Positions 18,599 through 26,143 of a stretch of DNA of 64,000 bases are shown piece after piece; the first letter of the stretch is position 1, and the number at the start of each line of letters is the position of its first letter. The translations under genes and the position numbers were made by a program. This DNA comes from Gemmatimonadota bacterium (GTDB taxonomy: Bacteria > Gemmatimonadota > Gemmatimonadetes > Palauibacterales > Palauibacteraceae). The DNA is taken from NCBI GenBank assembly GCA_046758745.1, contig JBHIAV010000007.1:1-64000 (forward strand), read 5' to 3'. Under the pieces are notes generated by a model, which was not told the origin of the DNA, did not search any database, and saw only the letters and a program-made list of their open reading frames with translations.

Positions 18599-21500
18599 GT
18601 GCGAGAGATGCGGTGGACGGACGAGCAGGTCGAGGCGATCACGGCCCGCGGGGACGTCCTGCTCGCGGCGAGCGCGGGAACGGGCAAGACGACCACGGTC
18701 GTAGGCAAGGTCCTCTGGCTCCTTGGCCTCGACGTTGGCGTGCAGGCGGGTACCGGCGAGCCCCTTCCTCCCTGTCCCGACCCCTGCGCCGTCGAGGAGA
18801 TCGCGGCGATCACCTTCACGGAGAAGGCGGCGTACGACCTGAAGCGCAAGCTCCGCGCGGAGATCGGGCTTTCGGAGCGGGCGGAGGAGCTCCGGTGGCA
18901 GATCGATCGCGCCTCCGTCGGCACGATTCACGGCTTCTGCGGCGAGCTGCTCCGCGACCACGCCCTGCGACTCGGCATCGACCCGACCTTCCGGATCCTC
19001 GACGAGCGGGAGACCACCCTCCGACAGGACGAGATCATCCGGGACGTCGTCTTCAAAGCGCTCGAGGACCGCGAGCCGGGAGCGCTCGACCTCGTCAAGC
19101 GCTTCACCCTGCCGGGTCGGCGGCAGCGCGCGGGGACGATCGGGCATGTGCGCAGCGTCCTGCACGACATCCGATGGCGGCACAAGCGCTACGAGGGCTG
19201 GACCGCCGACCGAGCGGGCGGAGACGAGCGACCGCGAGAGCTGGCCGAGGAACGGCTGCGGGCGATCGCCGAGCGGGCCGGGGTTTGGGACGAGCTGCTT
19301 GCGAACGCCGAGCTCGACGAGCGCGCCGTGCGCGATGCCGCGGCGCTCTACCGTCTCGCCTTCGAGTCGCTCCGCCGGTGGCTCGCCTGGCTGGAAGAGG
19401 AGAACGTCCGCGACTTCGACAGCCTGATCCTCGACGCGCGCCGGCTCCTCACACGCGAAGCGACCCGTCCGGCGCTCGAGAGCATCCGGCGGTGGTACCG
19501 GATCCTCATCATCGATGAGTTCCAGGACACGGACGGCGCGCAGCGCGACATCGCGTTCGCGATCGCCGGCATCGCGGTGCGGGGCGGTACGGGTGAGCCG
19601 GGCCCGCGCAGGCGGGCCGGCGGCGCGCCGCAGCTCTTCCTGGTCGGCGACCCCAAGCAGAGCATCTATCGCTTCCGCGGCGCCGACATCTCGGTGTGGA
19701 ACGCGGTCCGCCGGGCCCTGTGCGGCGACGGCGAGCCGCTCCAGCTCACGCACAACTTCCGGAGCGAGCCGCAGGTCGTCGATTTCGTGAACCGCGTGTG
19801 CTCGAGGGCCATGAGCGAGCGCGCGGCGGCGATCGCCCCCGAGATGCCGGAGAGCCGGGTCGACTACCGAACGCTGGTGCCGGCGCGCCGTCCGAGCCGA
19901 GCGGCGGGCCTCGAGTGGCTGGCAGTGGACGGCGGGAGCAACCAGGCGGACCGGCGGGAGATCGAAGGAAAGCTCGTCGCCTCCCGGATCCTCCAGCTGG
20001 TGGGACGCGCCGCGGTCGTCGATCCGGAAACGAGACGGCCGCGCCCCTGCCGGCTGCGTGACATCGCGATCCTCGGGCGAACCCGCGACGCGCTCGCCGC
20101 CGTCGAGCGTGGCCTGCGCCGGTACGGCATCCGCACGTACAACACGGCGACGAGCGGGCTGGCCGACAGACAGGAGATCCTGGATCTGGTGACCGCCCTT
20201 CGGCTGATCGACAAACCGCACGATGATCTGCGTGCCTTCGCCTACCTGCGCTCCCCCTTCGTCGGCCTGCGCGACGAGATCCTCTCCCGCATCCGCCTCG
20301 ACCGCGCTACGGGCGGCGGCTCTTTCCTCCGGCAGGCGGAGCGCTTCGTCGAGGCGACGGCGGCGAGCGAGATCGAGTGGCCCGCCGCCCCGGAAAGCCC
20401 CCACGTCGCGCAGGTGGAGCTCGAGGCGCTGGAGGCCGGCCTCCGGGCCATCCTCGACGCGCACACGCTCGTCGACCGGGCGGACACGGCCGAGCTGCTC
20501 GAGGAGGTGCTGCAGCGCACCGGGTATCGGCTTCATCTTCTCCTGCGCGATGGGGCGGCCGAAGCCACGGCGAACATCGAGCGCTTCCTCGCGCTCCTCG
20601 AGGAGTACCGCCACCTCTCCCTCGGCAGCTTCCTCGTCCTGTGGGACCGGTGGGGCGAGCGCGACCTCGGGATCCCGCAGGCGCCGCTGTTCAGCCACGA
20701 CGACGACGTGGTGACCCTGAGCACGATCCACACGGCGAAGGGGCTCGAGTGGCCAGTCGTCTTCCTCATCGACGCCGGCGACGGGCCCGACATGGGAAGC
20801 CGGCTCACCGATACCTACTGGAGCGATCCGAAACTCGGACCGGTGTTCATGCCGAAGAAAGCCGAGCGCGGAGCGTGGTGCGCCAAGCTCTTCGAGCGGG
20901 CGCTACTGGAAGAGCATGCCGAGGAGGCGCGGCTCCTGTACGTGGCGACGACCCGTGCGCGCGACCGGTTCGTCGTCTCCGCTCCGACGGAGCGGCTCAA
21001 AGGGTATGCCGCGTGGCTCGGGCTCGGGCTGGAGGACGCCGTCGAAGTCGCGGAGGCGGGGTGGCTCGCCGATGCGGTGGGGCCCGAGGAGCCGACGGGC
21101 GAAGTCCCGGGAAGCGCAGGGAGTCAGTTCGAGCTGTTTCCCGGCGGCGTCGAGGGACCGGCCGCCACGGGCGAGACGCCGGCCGCTCCAGACGGGGTGT
21201 CGGCCACGGCGGAGGAGAAAGCCGGCGTCGTGGCGGGTCACATCGAGCGCGCAGTGCGGCCGATGGTGGTCCATCGCGAGCCGATCGCCATCCAGACCCT
21301 CCTCAGGCCATCGCCGGTCTCGCTCGCCTGGCTCGAGGGCGTCGAGCCCGCCGAGTGGCCGGAGCTCGTCAGGCCGGTTCCCACGCCTAGGCTCCGCTTC
21401 ATGACGTCCGCCACGGAGCTCATGATGCGCGAGCGGGATCCGGAGTCGTGGAAGCTCCGCTACCTGCACGGGGTGGAGCCCTGGTGGCGATTCGCCCCCG

Positions 21501-22147
21501 ATCCCGAGGCGGAGCGCACGCTCTCGGGGACGGTGCGAGGCGCGCTCATTCACGGCGTGCTTGAGCGGATCCAGGAGGCGGAAGAGCTCGCCCGCGTGCT
21601 GAACGAGACGATCGCCGGGATCGGGGCGCCAGACCTCGAGGAGCTCCTGGCGCCGGGCACGGAGTACCGGCGGGCGCTCGAGCGGGAGATCGAGCGGGTC
21701 GTGCAGAGCGAGACATGGGAGTGGTACGTGGAGGGGGAGCACTACCGTGAGCTCGCCTTTCTGCGCCTCCTGGGACCGCGGGAGTGGCGCCACGGGCGCT
21801 TCGACCTCTATCGCCCGTCCGGCGCCCGCTCGACGGGCCGGGAGATCGGCGTGGCGAGGGATGGTTCGGCGGCCGACGGAGAGGACTCCTGGATCATCGA
21901 CTTCAAGACGCACCAGATCGGGGAGGGGGAGGTGTGGTCGACCGCGAAGGAATACGAGGTCCAGGTGGCGGTGTACCGGGAGGCGGCGGAGGCGCTGACC
22001 GGCTCGGTGGCTCTCGCCGGTGTGGAAGCGGCCGGCGGAGCGGGAACAGCTTCGGGCGAACTCGGGGGGACGGCGTCCGATGTGTCCGGCCGAGTACGGG
22101 TCGTCCTCCACTTCACGCACCCGAACGTGGTCGTGGAACCGGGCTGA
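18599..22147 (+). CDS. addA: AddA-like UvrD/SF1 helicase with C-terminal RecB-type nuclease
   Basis: Q-motif, ASAGTGKT, ITFTEKAA, TIHGFC, IDEFQD, VGDPKQSIY.FRGAD, NFRS, TIHTAKGLEW, LYVA.TRAR, G.FDL...IIDFKT..Q..VY. Confidence 0.92.
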   Translation: MREMRWTDEQVEAITARGDVLLAASAGTGKTTTVVGKVLWLLGLDVGVQAGTGEPLPPCPDPCAVEEIAAITFTEKAAYDLKRKLRAEIGLSERAEELRWQIDRASVGTIHGFCGELLRDHALRLGIDPTFRILDERETTLRQDEIIRDVVFKALEDREPGALDLVKRFTLPGRRQRAGTIGHVRSVLHDIRWRHKRYEGWTADRAGGDERPRELAEERLRAIAERAGVWDELLANAELDERAVRDAAALYRLAFESLRRWLAWLEEENVRDFDSLILDARRLLTREATRPALESIRRWYRILIIDEFQDTDGAQRDIAFAIAGIAVRGGTGEPGPRRRAGGAPQLFLVGDPKQSIYRFRGADISVWNAVRRALCGDGEPLQLTHNFRSEPQVVDFVNRVCSRAMSERAAAIAPEMPESRVDYRTLVPARRPSRAAGLEWLAVDGGSNQADRREIEGKLVASRILQLVGRAAVVDPETRRPRPCRLRDIAILGRTRDALAAVERGLRRYGIRTYNTATSGLADRQEILDLVTALRLIDKPHDDLRAFAYLRSPFVGLRDEILSRIRLDRATGGGSFLRQAERFVEATAASEIEWPAAPESPHVAQVELEALEAGLRAILDAHTLVDRADTAELLEEVLQRTGYRLHLLLRDGAAEATANIERFLALLEEYRHLSLGSFLVLWDRWGERDLGIPQAPLFSHDDDVVTLSTIHTAKGLEWPVVFLIDAGDGPDMGSRLTDTYWSDPKLGPVFMPKKAERGAWCAKLFERALLEEHAEEARLLYVATTRARDRFVVSAPTERLKGYAAWLGLGLEDAVEVAEAGWLADAVGPEEPTGEVPGSAGSQFELFPGGVEGPAATGETPAAPDGVSATAEEKAGVVAGHIERAVRPMVVHREPIAIQTLLRPSPVSLAWLEGVEPAEWPELVRPVPTPRLRFMTSATELMMRERDPESWKLRYLHGVEPWWRFAPDPEAERTLSGTVRGALIHGVLERIQEAEELARVLNETIAGIGAPDLEELLAPGTEYRRALEREIERVVQSETWEWYVEGEHYRELAFLRLLGPREWRHGRFDLYRPSGARSTGREIGVARDGSAADGEDSWIIDFKTHQIGEGEVWSTAKEYEVQVAVYREAAEALTGSVALAGVEAAGGAGTASGELGGTASDVSGRVRVVLHFTHPNVVVEPG

Positions 22148-22306
22148 GCGGCGCGAGGCCGACCGCTCGTTCGGCGCTCGGGCCCGTGGCACGTACCCTG
22201 CGCAGAATGGGAAGGGGGCGGTGAGCATACGAAGGGGGCGGTAACTGGCCCTTCAGGCTTTACCGGTCGACGCCGGAGGGCTCGGCTCGAGCGGAAGCAG
22301 AGTGTG

Positions 22307-22336
22307 TTGACAAGCCCCGAGGTGGAGGGGTACAGA
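22307..22336 (+). promoter_or_regulatory. Sigma70-type promoter TTGACA-N18-TACAGA
   Basis: Perfect -35 box; no plausible CDS downstream on +, so it probably drives the structured RNA. Confidence 0.55.
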
Positions 22337-22341
22337 TAGCA

Positions 22342-22572
22342 CCGCGGGGATGTCTCCACGGAACGACAGGGCCGCACCGGGAATGACCTCCCGGCGATCG
22401 GGCAGTGGGTTCATGAGCGCCTTCCGAGCCCCGACCGTGGGCGGTGTGTCCCGACTTTCGTAGAGGATCAGACAGCGGGCGGGGCTAAGGCCCACGGGAC
22501 TCCGAAAGGACCCTGCAACCTTCATGTCCGGTTGCCTCGTGCCTAAGGCCCCGCTCGCCCCTTACGCTTTTC
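22342..22572 (+). ncRNA. Candidate ~220-nt two-domain structured RNA (unassigned)
   Basis: Domain 1 (22342-22478) is a long irregular hairpin. Domain 2 (22475-22558) is a branched fold with a TCC-GAAA-GGA tetraloop and a GCAACC/GGTTGC hairpin. Several G-U pairs work only on +. Pyrimidine tail follows. Confidence 0.65.
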
Positions 22573-22728
22573 TCCTCGCGCTCCTCCCGTGATCGGCCAC
22601 ACCTCTCGCGCTCGCCGGGCCACTGCCCCCGGGCGGCGCCACGGCACACGGGCGCACGGGCCGCATGAGGGGTGCTCGAAGCCTACGGCGGTCTCGGCCA
22701 GGGCGACGATACTCAAGGGATAAGAAGC

Positions 22729-22801
22729 GGGCGGACCAGCGGTTTCGTGTGGGGGCGCTTACGCACATCTCGGCCGGTCCGCCCTGATCCGCTTCGGGAT
22801 C
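22729..22801 (-). promoter_or_regulatory. Conserved structured 3' UTR, copy 1 (small GATCC hairpin plus 12-bp GC stem, terminator-like)
   Basis: GGGCGGACC 22729-37 pairs with GGTCCGCCC 22776-84 and extends via a G-U on the minus strand; near-identical to 23257-23329. Confidence 0.7.
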
Positions 22802-22816
22802 TCTATGTGTAATGGG

Positions 22817-23095
22817 CTAGAAGTCTACCCATATGTCGTTGTCAGCCGCGATGGTACGCAGCTTGGTGATAGGGGCGGCCGGGTCGTTCGACAGCTTCGC
22901 CACCCGCACCTCGCCACTGGCGGTGACCGAAATCAGCGGCGAATGGCCCACCGCGAGCGCATCCGGCGGCACCCTGAACAGGGTGCCTGTTTCGAGGGTC
23001 ACGTAGGAGCCTGGGCTTTCGATCTCGTTGAAGACCATCTCCGGTAGACGATTGGTGAGATGGTCGCGTGCGACCTTCCGGGCTTGAGTAACCAC
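22817..23095 (-). CDS. 92-aa protein of unknown function, paralog 1
   Basis: AAGGAG SD plus GTG; about 69/92 aa identical to 23344-23622 with mostly conservative changes. Confidence 0.9.
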   Translation of the reverse strand: MVTQARKVARDHLTNRLPEMVFNEIESPGSYVTLETGTLFRVPPDALAVGHSPLISVTASGEVRVAKLSNDPAAPITKLRTIAADNDIWVDF

Positions 23096-23099
23096 GACT

Positions 23100-23123
23100 T
23101 CAGCTCCTTGAACGACGGTTCAT
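23100..23123 (-). CDS. Leader micro-ORF MNRRSRS (copy 1)
   Basis: GAGGAAAAGGAC before ATG; contains the SD of the main gene; TGA 4 nt before GTG; same layout in copy 2. Confidence 0.55.
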   Translation of the reverse strand: MNRRSRS

Positions 23124-23171
23124 GTCCTTTTCCTCTCGAGATGTGCGGTTGCAGTCTCCCCACAACAACAC

Positions 23172-23197
23172 AACAACCGACCCTCCGGGCGGTTCCC
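23172..23197 (-). promoter_or_regulatory. ECF-type promoter GGAAC-N17-GTT (copy 1)
   Basis: GGGAACC and CGGTTGTT boxes are kept in both copies while the spacer has diverged. Confidence 0.6.
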
Positions 23198-23256
23198 GGT
23201 AGCTAACCGGCCGGTTTCTGCGAGGAGTGGGGACTACGCGTTTCTCGGGAAGAGGT

Positions 23257-23329
23257 GGGCGGACCGGCCGCAGGCTGGAGGGGCGCATGTGCACATCTCG
23301 GCCGGTCCGCCCTTGATCCGCTTCGGATC
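23257..23329 (-). promoter_or_regulatory. Conserved structured 3' UTR, copy 2
   Basis: Perfect 14-bp stem GGGCGGACCGGCCG 23257-70 / CGGCCGGTCCGCCC 23299-312; GATCCG/CGGATC hairpin 23315-29. Confidence 0.7.
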
Positions 23330-23343
23330 TCTATGGTGGTAGG

Positions 23344-23622
23344 CTAGAAGTCAACCAGGATGTCGTTGTCAGCCGCGATGGTGCGCAGCTTGGAGATCGG
23401 AGTGGCTGGACTGTCCGACAGCTTCGCTACCCGAACCTCCCCACTGGAGGTGATCGAGATCAACGGCGAGTGACCCGCTGCGAGCCCTTCCGGTGGAACC
23501 CTGAACAGGGTGCCTGATCCGAGGGCCACGTAGGATCCAGGGCTTTCAATCTCGTTGAAGACCATCTCCGGGAGACGATTCGACCGTCTTTGACCTGAGG
23601 CGGCGGGCGCTTGGGTAGCCAC
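23344..23622 (-). CDS. 92-aa protein of unknown function, paralog 2
   Basis: AAGGAG SD plus GTG; paralog of 22817-23095. Confidence 0.9.
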   Translation of the reverse strand: MATQAPAASGQRRSNRLPEMVFNEIESPGSYVALGSGTLFRVPPEGLAAGHSPLISITSSGEVRVAKLSDSPATPISKLRTIAADNDILVDF

Positions 23623-23626
23623 GATG

Positions 23627-23650
23627 TCAGCTCCTTGTGTGACGGTTCAT
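23627..23650 (-). CDS. Leader micro-ORF MNRHTRS (copy 2)
   Basis: Same SD, length and 4-nt spacing to GTG as copy 1. Confidence 0.55.
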   Translation of the reverse strand: MNRHTRS

Positions 23651-23699
23651 GTCCTTTTCCTCTCGTCGATGTGCACATGCAGCTTGCAGTTGCCGAAAG

Positions 23700-23726
23700 A
23701 ACAACCGCCACTTCCACCGGGTTCCC
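23700..23726 (-). promoter_or_regulatory. ECF-type promoter GGAAC-N18-GTT (copy 2)
   Basis: GGGAACC...CGGTTGTT at the equivalent position to copy 1. Confidence 0.6.
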
Positions 23727-24014
23727 AGCAGGCCTCTGGTGGCTTTCCTCAGTGGGAGCCGAACTCCTCGGCGTGGTCATCGATCGACGCGTCGACGGCC
23801 TGAAGGGCGTAATCTCGACATACGCGTGCACGAGCCGGGTCGGTCCGGCCCGACCTCGAGCCCGTGTCACGGCGCGGCCTCCAGCGATAGAAGGGCGGCG
23901 GAAAGGTCATGCCGAGAACCGCCGCAGGCTATCCTCGGGCAGGCGGTGAGGGAAGACGTTCGGTCGTGGCGGAGCGCACCCGACCGGTTGGCCGCTGCCG
24001 AGGTCTGGAGCCGC

Positions 24015-24476
24015 TTACGGCGTCATGCTGCTGTTCCAGATGTCCCGGTGGAGCTTCCAGCTCCCATCCACCTTCTTCCACACCACGATGTACTTGCCGT
24101 GATCGAGATGGGCGCCATCCGCCCCTGTGACCACATACGAGCCCCTCACCTCGATCGCCGTTTCGCCGAAGTCCTCCACCTCGCCCATCTTCAGCTCGGC
24201 CTGTGACCCTGACTCCACGGCACTCTGCCAGAACGCTTGGATCGCCTCACGGCCCTCGATGGGCTCGCTTCCCGGCGGCAGCAGCATCGCGTCGTCCGTG
24301 TACAGCGCCGCGATGCCGGCCCCGTCGCCCGCGTTCCACGCCGCTTCCCACGCCTCGGTCGCCTCCGCGATCGCCGCCCGCGTGTCGCTGGAGGCCTGGC
24401 CGAGGCTGACGGAAGGAAGCGCCAACAGGGACGCACACAGCATTGGTACCACGTTACGCATGGTTCTCAGCTCCAT
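24015..24476 (-). CDS. Secreted NTF2-like / DUF4440 protein
   Basis: Signal peptide; WN.GD...IAALYT.DA.LLPPG...I.GR.AI..FW; GKY.VVWKK..G.WK..RDIWNS. Confidence 0.88.
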   Translation of the reverse strand: MELRTMRNVVPMLCASLLALPSVSLGQASSDTRAAIAEATEAWEAAWNAGDGAGIAALYTDDAMLLPPGSEPIEGREAIQAFWQSAVESGSQAELKMGEVEDFGETAIEVRGSYVVTGADGAHLDHGKYIVVWKKVDGSWKLHRDIWNSSMTP

Positions 24477-24567
24477 CTTAAGGGGGGACGAGCGTGGTTA
24501 CATGCCGCTAGGAAGCTCGCGGTCATGCTCGAATACTGCGCCCTAGGCTACGGTAGACGGACTCGAA

Positions 24568-24972
24568 CTACAACGGTTGGCCCAGGGTCAGCGGTCCGTA
24601 GCCGTACGTCGTTACCATCCAATAGAGGATGAGCGCGGCGCCGGCCATCGAGAGGTTCTTCATGAACTGCGCCTGCTCGACCTGCTTCATCGCCGGATCG
24701 GCAACGGCCCAGAAGTTGTGCATTATGAAAGCCGTCGGGACGAGAAAAAGCACGAGCAGCCAGGTCCCGATTTCCATCCAGATGCCGAGCAGGACGCTAA
24801 GGCCGCCCGCCAGGATCATGAGGCCGGTCGCCATCACGGCAAGCTTCGAGGCAGGGACGCTCTTCGAGCCGGCGTACTGGGACATGGGACCGATCTGTGC
24901 GAAGTGACCGAGCCCGGACCCGATGAAGATCATGGCGAAGAGCATGCGGCCGATGACGTACAGCGTGTCCAT
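24568..24972 (-). CDS. DoxX family membrane protein
   Basis: GR.LF...FI.SG..H; H.FW; FMKN.SM.GAAL; GGAGG SD. Confidence 0.92.
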   Translation of the reverse strand: MDTLYVIGRMLFAMIFIGSGLGHFAQIGPMSQYAGSKSVPASKLAVMATGLMILAGGLSVLLGIWMEIGTWLLVLFLVPTAFIMHNFWAVADPAMKQVEQAQFMKNLSMAGAALILYWMVTTYGYGPLTLGQPL

Positions 24973-25210
24973 CTCTCCTCCCGGTCGGGTGGGCGGGTCG
25001 GGGCGAGGAGCGCCGCGCTGCGCGGGACGCCGGCGGCCAGTCCCATCTTAGGATGCGGCACCGCCCGTACGCCAGCGGTGGGGGGAGCGAAGGTGTGGGG
25101 GGCTCGGGACGAGGGGTCTGCGAGCTTATATAGTTCTGCTAGCATATCGCTCCCGCGGAGCCCGCATGAGCTGAACGGAGCGGCCGTCCTCACGACCGGA
25201 GGGGGAGGTA

Positions 25211-25399
25211 GTGGAAGGAGCCGAGCACCCCGCCATCGAGGACGAGCTGAAGGATTTCGTGAAAGGGCGGCTGGCGGCCTACAAACACCCCCGCCGGATC
25301 ACTTCCGTCGATGGGCTGTCGAAGACGGCCACGGGAAAGATCCGGCGGTTTCTTCTGCGAGCAGGCGGCCGGGATGCCTCGCGGGACGTGCGAGCTTGA
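25211..25399 (+). pseudogene. Remnant C-terminus of an AMP-binding (acyl/aryl-CoA ligase) enzyme
   Basis: ELKDFVKGRLAAYKHPR.I..VD.L.KTATGKI.RF.LR matches the adenylate-forming A10 region; rest of the gene is absent. Confidence 0.7.
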
Positions 25400-26124
25400 A
25401 TCCGATCCTGGCCGTCCTCCTCTACTCCTCCCTCGCGGCGGCCGTGGCGGCGGTCGGTGTGCTCCCCCTGGTCGGCCGTGAGAGCGTTCCGAGCCGGTGG
25501 GTCGGCTGGGCGAGCGCCCTAGCGGCCGGCATGATGCTGGGGGCCGCGTACATGCTGATGGCGGTCAAGGGCGCTCGCCCGATCCCCGAGGCCGCCGGAG
25601 CCGCGCTCGGGATCCTCTTCATCGCTTGGACGCACGCGGTTACGCGGACGAGCGATCTCGACCTTAGGCGGCTCTCCGAGCAGGAGCCCGCCTACGGCTA
25701 CCAGGTGGTGCTGATCGACACCTTGCACTCGGCCTCCGAGGGAGTGGCGATCGGACTCGCCGCGGTCGTCGACCTCTCGTTCGGCCTCGTCATGGCGTTC
25801 GCGATGGCCGTGCACAACATACCCGAGGCCACGATCCTCGGCGCGGTGCTCCGAGCCGGAGGCGTTCGCCTCGGTGAGGCGGCGGGGCTCGCGGTGGCCA
25901 CGAACCTGAGCCAGATCCTCCTCGCGGTCGCGACCTTCGCCGTCGTCTCGGCCGCCCCCGGGGTGCTCCCGTGGGGGATGGGGTTCGCGGCGGGAGCGCT
26001 CCTCAACCTGGTCATGGTTGAGCTCCTTCCGGAGAGTTACCGAGAAGCCGGGCACACGAGCATCGCTCTCGTCACGAGCGTGGCTCTGGGCTTGGTGGTG
26101 CTGCTCAATGGGATGATCGCGTGA
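25396..26124 (+). CDS. ZIP family metal transporter (first of a pair)
   Basis: AAG.MLGA, LHS..EGVAIG, HNIPE, GFAAGA motifs; TTG start chosen. Confidence 0.88.
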   Translation: MNPILAVLLYSSLAAAVAAVGVLPLVGRESVPSRWVGWASALAAGMMLGAAYMLMAVKGARPIPEAAGAALGILFIAWTHAVTRTSDLDLRRLSEQEPAYGYQVVLIDTLHSASEGVAIGLAAVVDLSFGLVMAFAMAVHNIPEATILGAVLRAGGVRLGEAAGLAVATNLSQILLAVATFAVVSAAPGVLPWGMGFAAGALLNLVMVELLPESYREAGHTSIALVTSVALGLVVLLNGMIA

Positions 26125-26143
26125 ACCGCACGGAGGGTTCTGA

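Noticed and set aside
14549-20731. Very long antisense ORFs (14549-17524, 17618-20731; likewise 9342-11348, 38842-40761, 58619-60931)
   Set aside because: They lie opposite well-supported genes, lack motifs, and are expected shadow ORFs in high-GC DNA
22214-22330. GGGGGCG starts (tmRNA-like) and GGTGGAGGG / ACTGGCCC words (SAM-I-like)
   Set aside because: No tmRNA T-arm, CCA end or tag ORF; the SAM-I words are in the wrong order and P1/P3 elements are missing
22253-22525. 90-aa minus-strand ORF across the structured RNA
   Set aside because: Weak SD, no motif, and G-U/GNRA asymmetry favours a plus-strand RNA
22729-23726. Cassettes as integron cassettes, retron or IS/MITE
   Set aside because: No integrase, reverse transcriptase, transposase, attC core sites or target duplications seen; a G-U pair suggests RNA-level pairing
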